The notes beneath the pieces were generated by a model that made no database searches, had not been told where the DNA came from, and saw nothing but the letters and a program-made list of their open reading frames with translations. From positions 187,860,001 to 187,924,000 of the forward strand of contig OZ024742.1 in the NCBI GenBank assembly GCA_964016885.1: 64,000 nt of DNA. Direction: 5' to 3'. This DNA comes from Eledone cirrhosa. Lineage: Eukaryota. A program made the translations under genes and the position numbers. Of the stretch, positions 1 through 13,928 are shown piece by piece; within the stretch, counting starts at the first letter, position 1; each line of letters starts with the position of its first letter.

Positions 1-120
1 CTGGCGCACCGAAAACGATAAATGGAAAAAATGAAACGAAATTTCATTTCTCACTCTTAGTACGGTTGTTACTTAAATGTAAGTATATATACGTACATAA
101 ATGTACGTATGTATACAGAC

Positions 121-186
<66 letters not shown>

Positions 187-293
187 ATAATAATAAATTT
201 GAAGACTAAAATCCAAAGATGACTCGATAAGGATAAATATATATCAAATATATGAGAACCGTAGAGCAAATATTTTTTAAAATAACAGATTAA

Positions 294-344
294 AGTTTAA
301 GCAAAGAATCGCTGCTTTCACCCTTAACGGGATCTTCTGAAACT
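294..344 (-). ncRNA. Hammerhead-like motif with variant core CAGAAGA (related copies at 2703-2753 +, ~40493-40541 -, ~40848 +)
   Basis: agttt-CAGAAGA-tccc gttaa gggt-GAAA-gca...tgc-TT-aaact. Confidence 0.5.
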
Positions 345-1330
345 AACAAAGTCAATCTGTAAACGCAGAAGTGGATATTTCAAAAAACGTTGCAACCGAA
401 GGAATACAGGAAGACGATATTTGGTTCGTGGACACGTTCCCTGGCAAAGAACGGGAAAAAACAAATATAATACGTCATTAATAGGAGCGGTGAAAAACAA
501 TTACACGGAAAGACAGAACCACGTCTGTGGTATGAAAGAAGTCGTACACTAATGTTCTCGTAGGTGGTTCATAGAGACGTTCTCTGGCAATGAACGAAAA
601 AAAAACCGAAGATAATACGTCATATATCGATCGTGGAGAACGCAAAGACAAAACCACGTAAATGGTATAGCTGAAGTCGGAAACCGAATGATTCTCCGCT
701 TCAGAGTTAAGAATAAAGTAAATAAAATACAATACAGAGGTAATTGAAATTAAATAAATACATACACGCATCCAAATACGTACTTACACAAGCATACGCG
801 AAAACACTCGCCATAGGTATACAAAACCACGCACATATACATATGTGTATGTGTGCGTGTATACAAATAAATAAGTAATTAAATAAACGTATATAAATAA
901 ATAAATACGTATATAACAAGCGCACACACATACCTACATGTAAATACACACATGATCGGAGACTACGTCAACCAAAACATGAAGTACACATATACACACA
1001 CCCAACATACGTACAAACCCGCATACTCACACAGACGCAAAACTCCCGTATACACATAACCGAAAGCATATGTACCAGAATATATAAAAATATACGCCAT
1101 AACATATACAATCAAATATACGTACGAGAAAGTATACGTACCTTCACAAAACATACAGGTAATATATACTTACCTATGCAAATATGTAATGGTATAAACA
1201 TAACATATACTTAGCTACCACACCAAGGCGTAACATATCTACGTATAGATCGTACTATCCGTTAGGGTATAATGTGGGGCTGTAATACAGGAAAGTTATG
1301 TGCAATTTATGTTTACAAGCCGAAATTGCC

Positions 1331-2238
1331 TCAGATTTTTTTGTTTAAGATGTCGTCTGTGGCGTAGAGTATTTCCAGGGCCTCAGCTGCGCAGAGGTCA
1401 CATGGTCTTTTATTTTCGTTATACGATCTAGCCCTAGCTAGGATCTCCCAATGTAACTTATATTGGGTATGGTTGTCTTTTAGACTCCAGATATGAGCTG
1501 AAAGTGACGTCAGATTCCTTCTTAGAGGGTAACGAAAAGAATGGGTATGCATGTAAAGACGCTGCTTGAATATATTGGCGGTTAACCCTATGTAGGCCCG
1601 ACGGGACGTGGGTGTTTCAACCTTACATTTGTAGACAATGTTACTAGAGAGACATATCCCGGATAGGGGGCAATCAACCTGATTCCTACAATTACAGTTA
1701 GTACTAACTACAGGGTTGCACGTGTTCCTACTGCTAGGTAATTTAGCTAAATTTGAAGCTGTGATGTTATGTGCAAGGTTAGGAGTCGTAGAGTAAGACA
1801 TTTTAATGGTGTTTCTATTAAAAATGTAACTATATTTATGTGTAGGGGGAAAATGCTTCATAATAAGGGATAGAAATATCTTCGCTAATGGTGTGGCCAC
1901 CTCGATATTATATGGTGGGTTATACCATATAATGCGACGAGATCTATTTCTTCTAGGTCTATTCTCGTACTGTGTATATGCTACCTTATCGAGAAATCCA
2001 CTCCGAGTAAGAGCTTAATTATAATAAGTGGAATGGTCGTTGAAAATATGCTCGTTAGTAGATAGACGGGAAAGCCTCAAAGAAACGTTTCTTACCAGGT
2101 TCTTGGTTTTGCTGGCAGGATGGTTGGAATGCTTACTTATGCAATTAAGCGTATCATTCGGCTTTCTATACGGGTAATTCAAGCCATTATATACATTGAG
2201 AGTAACGTCTATGTAATTAACGACCGAGAGGTTGCCCT
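1331..2238 (-). pseudogene. PLE ORF 3' fragment: RT end/thumb, Cys linker, GIY-YIG endonuclease
   Basis: VNYIDV...YRKPN...SNHP...IIWYNPPY...CNCRNQVDCPLSGICLSSNIVYKC...YIGLTANIFKQRLYMH...CDLCAAE. One in-frame stop near 2017. Confidence 0.9.
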
Positions 2239-2771
2239 ATGTATTTGGATGCGTGTATGTATTTATTTAATTTCAATTGCCTCTGTATTGTATTTTATTT
2301 ACTTTATTCTTAACTCTGAAGCGGAGAATCATTCGGTTTCCTAGTTAGAATTTTAGTGTACGACTTCAGCTATACCATTTACGTGGTTTTGTTTTTGCGT
2401 GCAATTGTTCTCCACGCGCCACATATGACGTATTATCTTCGTTTTTTTCCGTTCATTGCCAGAGAACGTCTCTATGAACCACCTAAGAGAACATTAGTTT
2501 ACGACTTCTTTTATACCATAAACGTGGTTCTGTCTTTGCGTGTAATTGTTTTTCGCCGCTCCTATTAATGACGTATTACATTTGTTTTGTCCCGTTCTTT
2601 GCCAGGGAACGTTTCCACGAACCAAAGTACCGTCTTCCTGTCTTCCTCCGGTTGCAATTTATTTTGAAATATCCACTTCTGCGTTTAAAGATTGACTTGG
2701 GTAGTTTCAGAAGATCCCGTTAAGGGTGAAAGCAGCGATTCTTTGATTAAACTGTAATCTGTTATTTTAAT

Positions 2772-2802
<31 letters not shown>

Positions 2803-2986
2803 ACGAAGGAAATGTGGTAAGGAACCAGATGGACATATATATATAAGGAACCAGATGAATATATATATATATAACCAAAGATTAATATGGTTCATTGATT
2901 ACTCAATGAATATAATTTTATAATACATTAATAGTACTCTACAACGAAGTTTTCTTGAGTTAATGTCTTCATTTATTAATATTCTG

Positions 2987-3019
<33 letters not shown>

Positions 3020-3085
3020 CGTTATTCCGGGTTGAATCGGAGGTAACCACAGTAAGTAAGGTACTCAATACATAGCAGAGTATAA

Positions 3086-3212
3086 AAGTTTTAATATAGA
3101 TGAGATTCTACAGGACTAGAACTGTTTCATTCATTAGAAATCATCAGGAATTCCTGATGATTTCTAATGAATGAAACAGTTCTAGTCCTGTAGAATCTCA
3201 TCTATATTAAAA

Positions 3213-3215
<3 letters not shown>
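3086..3215. repeat. Spacer-less ~130 bp palindrome (fold-back pLTR fragment)
   Basis: Centre TCATCAGGAA|TTCCTGATGA. Each arm carries CTGATGA...GAAAC. A related copy lies at ~38900-39055. Confidence 0.9.
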
Positions 3216-3253
<38 letters not shown>

Positions 3254-3257
<4 letters not shown>

Positions 3258-3545
3258 GAATAAACAAGATAGATTAACACTAATATACACATACATGTGT
3301 TCGAATAGTAAGGACCACATTTGCTACGGTGAACAAATAATAACTACAGCAAAATGTTGTTATCAGGGGTTTTGCCCAACATAGGACTGTTATTTTTCTT
3401 TATTTTTTTTAAATTTAATATTTAAAGTTGAGGTAAACAAACCATATTTCTGTAGTTATTATTTTTTCACCCTAACAAATTTTCTCCTTACGATTCGAAC
3501 ACATGTATGTGTATAGTAGTGTTCATCTCTCTTATTTATTCAATT
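3254..3545. repeat. Diverged inverted repeat with ~100 bp arms between (TA)n tracts
   Basis: 3254-3357 is approximately the reverse complement of 3443-3545. Confidence 0.8.
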
Positions 3546-3634
3546 ATATTGTACGGCTCGGAAAAGCTTTCTTTCTTAGAGCTATTTAATTGTAAGAGAC
3601 TACACTTCTGAGTTCTTAACTCAATATATATATA

Positions 3635-3710
<76 letters not shown>

Positions 3711-4094
3711 ATAATAATAATAATATAGTTTCAAAAGATCCCGTTAAGGGTGAAAGCAGCGATTCTTTGCATACACTTTAATCTGGTATTTTAATGAATA
3801 TATATATATATATGGATACACACATAGACCCACTCCTTGTATCAATACAGTGTTAATACATTTATATATCGATATCTATATACACTCACACACAAACATA
3901 TGTATGCGTATTGTTATCTTTATATGTATATATATGTGTGCATATATGTGTGTTCTTTTATGTATGTATATATGTATATATGTCTTATTTTATGTATATG
4001 TCTATATGTATGTGTATATTTATATATATATATGTATGTGTATATTCATATATATATGTATATGTGAGTATATTTATGTATATACATGTGTGAA

Positions 4095-4137
<43 letters not shown>

Positions 4138-4238
4138 ATATTTCTGTATATTTCTGTATATATATATGAATATATGTATGTGAATATATATATATATATA
4201 TATATGTGTGCTTATATATGTGTATATATTGTGTATAT

Positions 4239-4286
<48 letters not shown>

Positions 4287-4336
4287 TATATATATATGTA
4301 TATATATATATATGCTTATATATGTATGTATATAAA

Positions 4337-4419
<83 letters not shown>

Positions 4420-4489
4420 GCATATAGCATATATATATATGTGTGCATATAGCATATATATATATGTGAGTATGTATATATATATGTGA

Positions 4490-4551
<62 letters not shown>

Positions 4552-4862
4552 TATTCACATGTATATACATACACACACTTATTTATATATATGCACACGC
4601 ATATATATTATAGAATACTGTTAGCTTCCCGCTAAAACAATTTCTATACCTTTCATTTATATATTTATATATTTATATACTTATATATATATATGCTTAT
4701 ATACATCTGTGTATATATATATGCTTGTATATATGTATATATATATATATACATATGCTCATATATGTATGTATATATATATACATATATATGCGTATAT
4801 ATATCTGTATATATAAAATCTTATATATGTGTATATATACATAGTTATATATGTGTATATAT

Positions 4863-4902
<40 letters not shown>

Positions 4903-4939
4903 GTATATATATATGTATTTATATACATATAAATATATA

Positions 4940-5008
<69 letters not shown>

Positions 5009-5024
5009 GTATATATATATATAT

Positions 5025-5645
5025 TGTTATACTTTGGGAGGGTCATGTTGCCAATAAGAAACACACGCACCATCTGCTTTCACTTCAATTTATTAAATAT
5101 TTATAAATTTATAAATTTACAAATTTACAAACTTATAAATTTCTGGTTGGTTGGTTGGTTCCACAACCAGATAGTTGTTTATATATAGTCATAGTCCTTT
5201 CGTCACACACTGTGTGACCTCTTCAGTGACTGGGGATTCCTTTCTTCGTTTCTGTGCCTTTCCTTTCTTCTAACCTACGCCATTTTGTTTCTATGTGTGT
5301 GTTGTGTGCTCAGTTTGCGCATGCGCCACATCCGGGTGTCTGTGTGTGTTTGTGTTCATTTATATATTTGTTTCTTTATTTATTTATTTATTGTTGGTGT
5401 GACGAAAGGACTATGACTATATATAAACAACTATCTGGTTGTGGAACCAACCAACCAACCAACCAGAAATTTATAAGTTTGTAAATTTGTAAATTTATAA
5501 ATTTATAAATATATAATAAATTGAAGTGAAAGCAACTGGTGCGTGTGTTTCTTATTGGCAACATGACCCTCCCAAAGTATAACAATATCGGTTTCAACAC
5601 ACGATTTCAGATAAAGAATCTTGCTAAACAAATTCAGAAACGAAA
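5025..5645. mobile_element. Fold-back pLTR cassette (non-coding PLE remnant)
   Basis: 5025-5207 is the reverse complement of 5397-5586. The same terminus recurs at 24038-24149, 24560-24671 and, diverged, at ~32070. Confidence 0.8.
5187..5231 (-). ncRNA. Type I hammerhead ribozyme motif
   Basis: agtca-CTGAAGA-g gtcacac agt gtgtgac-GAAA-ggac-TA-tgact. Confidence 0.75.
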
Positions 5646-5829
5646 TATATATATATATATAAATATGTATAGTATTAAGGATACTATTTATGGTTATGTA
5701 TATACTAAAACCTTTTATAGTTATATATATTTTAAACCCTAAATAGTCAAAGATAGTAATTCATTACTAAGTATTACCAGTAAGATAAATAGGTGAATGT
5801 AACAACATCAGTTGTTTTACAGAGCAGTT

Positions 5830-6068
5830 ATATATCTAGCTACATACACTATCTAAAAACTAAAAATAAACCATATACACTTAAATGGGAAGTGATAGGT
5901 AATGCGACATCGTACAAACCACCTAATAAATGTTGTAGCCTCTGTCTTCTAGAGACCCATACTATCATCTTCTCAAACCATAACCTCCTTAATAAAAAAT
6001 CAGAAGTGTTCGCGTCTTGCCAACACCGCTTCCGACATTCCTTCCAAAACATTAAACCCAATATATAA
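5830..6068 (+). pseudogene. C-terminal fragment of a PLE GIY-YIG endonuclease
   Basis: SSYIHYLK...YTLKWEVIGNATSY...CSLCLLE...LLNKKSE...CQH, which aligns by eye with the ends of the 1331 and 47755 ORFs. Confidence 0.8.
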
Positions 6069-7547
6069 CAATGTCAGACGTGTACCCGTCACCACCTCTA
6101 GCAACTAACATCAGGGGCACACCTTACACCTCATCTCCACACCCATTAATCCACTTTAACGGAAATAGTGACACCCTCCTAGTACCTTTTACCCTAGAGA
6201 TATCCCCATGTACTTCTACTTTTGTTATATTGGCCTTCAATTACTTGGACTACATTGCACCAATATATAATTAATGTAAACTTTAAGCACGGAATTGGTT
6301 GTGCTAACATTGTCCTGTGCATGGAGTGCAATCATTGGATAAATGGAAGATTAAGTAATTAATTTATTAACATAAAAGAGCTATATAATCTATATGCTGA
6401 GTGCAATGAATTATGTACAGGTGATGTATGAGTTATAAATACATGTATGGCTTGATGGTCAGATTAGTGTCTTTGTAGGTGATACTTGATCTCTGGACTA
6501 CCCTAGTGATATTTAACTTTGCCATGCAATCAGACATACAATGACCCAGAGCTTACCAGGTGTCATATATAGAAGTGATTCTAATATGACCCTGCCAGGT
6601 TCTGCGGGTGGACTACACTTACAAAGATCATTGATTTGGAGGTCTGACTCTTTATGTAGAATGTTCGATTGTGGTACTCTATGATAGAAGGTAATCATCC
6701 TAATATGAACACCTTTAGTACTTCTTGATAGACTACACTGTAATTTATAGATAAGATATTTAAATTCAGAAATTGTTTATAATCTTATATGATAGGGACT
6801 CATTTGAAACACCATTAATGTACTTTAGGATAATAAATTTAACTATAGAAATCTGCTAGTTACCTCCCCTTACGCATTAACTCCCCTTAATCACACACAC
6901 ACTTCCGGAATATAATACGATGTCAACTCTCACAACAAAAACAACCTGTTCTATAGAATCGAATAGAGAACGACAAGCGGTGATTTCTAACATGGTTCAC
7001 CAGGCACCCAATGTTGAATCATCGTGGATTGTGTGATGGACATGTAGTCTATAAATTGATTTTCCTGGATTGTGAGAGTGGTGGTGTGTGCGAGGAAAGT
7101 GGTGCTGTTTTGTTTCTCATTTGTAATATTTTTGATATTTTTGGTGTTTCTCTACACACGGGCTTCTATATCGTAGAGGTGTGTGTGAAAAAGGCTTTAC
7201 CAGTACAGCCCCCATGATGCTCTTGATTGTCTGCTTTGACTGCTTGTTTTACATGTAACAGTCTGCCGTATAAATAGGACACGCGTGCATACCTCACGTG
7301 AGACTGTTGCATACACTGGCTACTCCAAACTTTCCTCTTGCTTTATCTTCGTAAACTGCCAATGTTTTATTTTATTTTTATTTTAACTTTAATTTTGTCC
7401 TTTAATATGACTGTAATATGTCTATGTAAATTGCCATGCTATATTATTATAATGGATGTCAACCCACTGTGGGTCAATATATACATATGTTTCTATATGT
7501 CTCTTGTGTTGAAAAGGAGGTCAAGTATGTAAAAAATCACTAACTAA

Positions 7548-7596
7548 TTGCTCCGAAGACGCCAAACCTCGGTTTGGAAGAAACAATTGTAAGCAA
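7548..7596 (+). ncRNA. Type I hammerhead motif with U4C core variant
   Basis: ttgct-CCGAAGA-cg ccaaacc tc ggtttgg aa-GAAA-caattg-TA-agcaa, then AATAAA. Confidence 0.75.
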
Positions 7597-7639
7597 ATAA
7601 ATGATTTAAACTGAACTTTGATTCATGTAATTTCTATAA

Positions 7640-7671
<32 letters not shown>

Positions 7672-7672
<1 letters not shown>

Positions 7673-8500
7673 AGTATCACGATACATTAACGGAGCCATA
7701 GACTCTCGCCGTTCCCTGTAATGTGCTCAAAGGAGGGGAAATCCTTGGCACTTTAGAATACAATATGTTGAAAATGTAACACACTAGAGAGAGATACAGA
7801 GCGCCATCAACAAATCAGGGAAAACACCAATGTATGGAATCTATAACCTATGAAAGGCAGAGTATAGATACGATAATTAAAAATATAAATTAAAGCGTCA
7901 ATAAATACCTCTATAACTATATAACACCCGTACAAACCCGAAGAGATCTCTTTCGCCATTAAGTTGTTGAGAGAAGTGAAATAACCCAGGTTCATCAGCG
8001 TGTGTTAGGCCATACATTTCGGACAACAGTAAGAGAATTCTTAAAGCGACCGTCCAACTACACGTGGGAGAGAGAAGTCACAGCGTGTTTAAGGGCAGTG
8101 AATCAGTGGTCTCTGAGGGACGAGCTGCTAGAAAAGGCAGCCCAAAACCACTCAGAGAAGTGTGCTCAACTAAACAGAGAGAGAGGAAAGACTGTTATAA
8201 GAAGCGAAATATCACGATACATTAACGGAGCCATAGACTCTCGCCGTTCTCTGTAAATAATGTGCTCAAAGGAGTGGAAATCCTGGGCACTTTAGAATAC
8301 AATATTTTGAAAAGGTAACACACTAGAGAGAGATACCGTGCACCATCAATAAAAGAGGGAAAACCTATGGAAGGCAGAATATAGACACGATAAAAATATA
8401 AATTAAAGCGTAAATAAATACCTCTATAACTATATAAGGTGTCTATATTCTGCGTTCCATAGGTATTAGATTCCATACACTGGTGGTTTTCCTTGTTTTA
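7672..8500. repeat. Direct duplication plus short inverted copy (probable pLTR rearrangement)
   Basis: 7675-7925 resembles 8210-8435. 8440-8495 is the reverse complement of ~7815-7870. Confidence 0.7.
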
Positions 8501-8918
8501 TTTTCCCTTTTTTACATTGACGGACATCTTTTATATTAATTATCTATATCTATATCTACATATAATATAAAATATTGGAATTTCCATCATCCTTTTGAGA
8601 AACGTGGATCAACCACGTCTATGCAATGATAGTCAGGCAGAAGATGAACCATCTCCTAGAGGTCAATATTCTAGGTGGGAGCACCTAGAATTGTTCATAT
8701 ACTATGCACAAACGGTAAAACGAAGAATCTGGTATATCTGGAAGATTTTTTTTACTGTTTTGTGTAGCATACTGTTTTGTGTAGCATACGGACTCGCCTC
8801 ATACTGTAACCAGACAAACATCAAATACAGTAATTTTCTCTTTTACCTGTCTTCTGTTATCATCTGTTTACACGGGCGAAGCTGGGTACGTCAGCTAGTG
8901 TATAGTTATATGTATATA

Positions 8919-9011
<93 letters not shown>

Positions 9012-9526
9012 GTTTAAGCAAAGATTATTACGTTGTCGGAGAAAGCTTTTTAGCGATACTCCGGCTAAATTCCAACTCACTCAACAAACATTAAGAAATA
9101 AGTGAGTATATTCCTAAGTAAGCGTTCGGTGTGCTAATTAAATGTATTGCGTGGACAATTGGGTGTATTATTTCATATGAGACATATCGAATATATCTCT
9201 TCCCAGACGGACGTCTCGTTTCATTATAGGATTCCTGGGTGAAATTATACCAATTTATGTAGGAGCTTGTATACCATCAATAGATATATATTCAAGTGGG
9301 CTCCTATAATCCATCAGTGGGTGCCCCAATAATAATCATATTGATAATCTAACCAACATCAGCATTTAGCGATAATCATCATCAGTGCCTGAGGTATCTG
9401 TTATGTTGCTAGTCCAGCAGTTCTAAAGAAATACTCAAACTAATTAAAAAATGAGGAAATAAATTACCGCCAAAAAAACAAAACATGCGCATGAAAATGA
9501 ACTCTAAATGGAATACAAGCCACGTG

Positions 9527-9587
<61 letters not shown>

Positions 9588-9889
9588 GATGTTTGCGCAC
9601 ATAAATAAATATACATTCGTAACCTACAGTTAAACGAACACAGTTACATACAAAAGGACGCATATCAAAACGTGTGCTTCAAAAATATTTAAATACAAGG
9701 ATATTATTCTAATTATAGTATTTTCATAGACATTCTGCCTAGAATTGCAGCAGCAATCGAGGTTTGGTAGTACTCAGAATTGATAACTGAGTACTGGATT
9801 TTTTCATGATGGAATGATTGATTTGTCAAGGTCTTTTTCTGTGTAACTGTTATCTTTCCAATGTCGTCTATTCACTTTGAATTATTTGC

Positions 9890-10056
9890 GTTGAATTGAC
9901 AGTATCGGTAGAGGGTCGGAAGCCAAGCTTTGCATGGTCTGAGTTCAAATCCCGACGACGTTAACTTTACCGTTCATCCTTACGGGGTCGATAAAATAAT
10001 GTACCAGTAATTCACTGGTACAAATTCTGGCCTTGTGCCAAAAATAGAAACAATTA
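9890..10056 (+). mobile_element. tRNA-derived SINE (family A)
   Basis: A-box-like head, B box GAGTTCAAATCCCG, core TTCATCCTTACGGGGTCGATAAAATAA, tail AGAAACAATTAT. Confidence 0.85.
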
Positions 10057-10152
10057 TTAGTGGAATGACTCACATAGACTACAAAAATTCCTGGCGGAGG
10101 ACTGGATTTCACATTGAGAATCTTGCGTAACAATCGTATCGGCATTATATAT

Positions 10153-11285
<1,133 letters not shown>

Positions 11286-11454
11286 TATATATATATATAT
11301 ATATATATGACTTGTGTGTCTATTAAAATGTAAGAAGAATATTTCTAGGTAAGAATGGATTTTCTTAATTTTAACCAAAGTATCCCTCCCACCACCATTA
11401 ACTAGCTAAACACTCACCATCATCTCTACTATAGATAATATTACAAACAATAAT

Positions 11455-11830
11455 GCGTTGGATTAGCAGTATGGGTAGAGCGTCGGGTAACATGCTTTAT
11501 GTCTTATAGGCCTGGCCCTGTAGTTTCTCAGTTCATATCCCACCGTTGTTAGTTTGGCCATTCATCCTCACGGTGTCGATAAAATAAACATGGGTTGATA
11601 AAATGGATACATCACAGATCGAGTTAATTGACTTTCCGCTTACCGTCGAATTGCTGGCCTTGTGCATATAACAAGCGGAAACAACTCTCCAGGGTCCTTA
11701 TATCTGTATCAAACTCACTCATCATCATTATTAACTTTGCCTTTCATCCTTACGGGGTCGACAAAATAAAGTACAAGTAATGTACTGCGCAATTTGCAGG
11801 GCTTGTGCCTAAAGTAGAAACAATTATTTT
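11455..11830 (+). mobile_element. Diverged SINE A plus a 3' partial SINE A
   Basis: Core motifs at ~11560 and ~11740, with SINE tail at ~11815. Confidence 0.7.
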
Positions 11831-12079
11831 AATTACTAACACTATTTTACCCAGTCCTTTACCGTTCTTCTCCTCTTTATCCTTATAAACTACTTCATCA
11901 TCAGCACCACAACCACAACTATGAGCAGCACAGCAGCAGCACCACCCCAATTATCGGCATCACCATCAGCAGCACTATCACCACCAACGTTATTATAAAG
12001 TTCATCAGCATCATGATCACCACTAACATAATTACTACCGCTGTTTTCACAACCGCCACTGGGTCATCAAACACCTATC

Positions 12080-12170
12080 ACTACCACTACTACCACCACT
12101 AGCAGTACTTCTACTACTACCACCACCACTACTATTGCCACCACCACCCATACAATTACTACTACTACTG

Positions 12171-12228
<58 letters not shown>

Positions 12229-12351
12229 CAGCACCACTTCTACTACCAATGCTGCTACCACCAGTGCTACCACCAACACTACTACTAGTACTACGACCAC
12301 CACCACCACCACTACTACTACGACTACTACTAGTAGTACTACTACTACTAT

Positions 12352-12390
<39 letters not shown>

Positions 12391-12464
12391 CAATGCTGCT
12401 ACCACCAGTGCTACCACCAACACTACTACTAGTACTACTGCTACGACGACGACCACCACCACTA

Positions 12465-12531
<67 letters not shown>

Positions 12532-12532
12532 C
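12080..12532. repeat. (CTA)n/(CCA)n trinucleotide tract with internal duplication
   Basis: The block ATGCTGCTACCACCAGTGCTACCACCAACAC occurs at ~12249 and ~12393. Confidence 0.95.
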
Positions 12533-12910
12533 CTTCTTACCTATTATCCTAATCAGTAAGTAGAATACCACTGTTATCGATTGGGAAAAAAAATGTTTAC
12601 AATAAAAAAGTGACCACATTTCAAGTAGATTTTTGTGGTGGTGGTGGATAGGTGTGGGCGCGTGTGCCTGCGGTGTGTGTGTTTGCGGTTTGTGTGTATG
12701 AGTTTGTATGTGTGTGTTGATGTGTTAGTTTTTGCTCATATTATGGTGTGTACTTGTATGTATGTTGGTTGTGTGTATGTGGCTGTTTTTCTAGGCTTGT
12801 GTATATGTCATTTGTTTCAGATAATTGCATATGTGGGCGTGCATGTGTTTGTGTGTAGGTGGGCAGAAGTTTTATCTTTTATTATAGATGTTTTATCTTT
12901 TATTATTAAA

Positions 12911-13103
12911 GGGCGGTGGATTGGCAGTATCGGTAGAGTATCGGACGCCATGCTTTGCAACAAAGAGTTACGGTCCTTTATGGTCTGAGTTCAAATCCCG
13001 CCGAGGTTAACTTAGCCTTTCATTCTTACGGGGTCGGTAAAATAAAGTACCAGTAATACACTGGGATAATTGCTGGCCTTGTGCCAAAAAGTAGAAACAA
13101 TTA
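12911..13103 (+). mobile_element. Full-length SINE A
   Basis: GGCGGTGGATTGGCAGTATCGGTAGAG...GAGTTCAAATCCCG...GTAGAAACAATTAT. Confidence 0.9.
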
Positions 13104-13751
13104 TATATTATTAAATATAGGTATTTAAATAATAAATAAATAAAAATAAATAAAAATAAATAAATAAAGAATAAATAAATAAAGAATAAGGAAAGCATTA
13201 TAGGTATGGGTACGTACGTTTGATTGATTTTAAAAGAATGAGAAAATCATTATTAGCACAGGGATACAGAAACTAGAGGCTGCGATATACGTATATACGT
13301 ACGTATGTATGCACATGTATGTATGTATGCATATGTATACGTATGTATGTATATGTGGGTGTACTAATGTGTAAGTAAACTAAATACTTCTGTCTCTCAA
13401 CATCAATTAACTATGATATACACCATCTTTCATCTCCTTCTAAGCTCTGGAACGATTTTAAATAATGTTGAAGTGAAAACCTCTAGTAAAACGTTTTGTG
13501 GCGATATTAAGATATGGAGTAAAATATAATCAATGACACAAAATATTAATAAATATATCTAATAGATAAGTATATCTAATAGATAGATATATTAGATGTG
13601 AAATTTTTGTAGAAATGTATAGCGCCATTTTTATAAATATCTCACTACATTTAAACGTATTGAGTTCTCTCCCTACGGATGACTGGCGTTTTTATTCTAA
13701 GAATTAATATAATCTTGTATGCGTGTGAGTATGTGAGTATGCATATGTATG

Positions 13752-13819
<68 letters not shown>

Positions 13820-13838
13820 GTAGCGATATTGTATGAAC

Positions 13839-13928
<90 letters not shown>

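Larger units (their letters stand above)
180..2775 (-). mobile_element. 5'-truncated Penelope-like element with an inverted pLTR at its 5' end, inserted in (TA)n
   Basis: 277-780 is the reverse complement of 2241-2770. A minus-strand RT-thumb/GIY-YIG frame lies between them, and (TA)n flanks both sides. Confidence 0.9.

Noticed and set aside
180-2775. DNA transposon or MITE interpretation of the inverted termini
   Set aside because: The internal frame is RT-thumb/GIY-YIG, the arms are asymmetric and there is no transposase. This fits PLE inverted pLTRs.
8002-8256. 84 aa ORF as a host exon
   Set aside because: It lies inside a duplicated TA-flanked repeat and has no recognisable domain.
12047-12619. 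Poly-Ser/Val/Leu ORFs
   Set aside because: Three-frame read-through of a (CTA)n repeat, with no splice or domain evidence.
12911-12990. tRNA genes at SINE heads
   Set aside because: A/B boxes are present but there is no cloverleaf, and each is attached to a SINE body.
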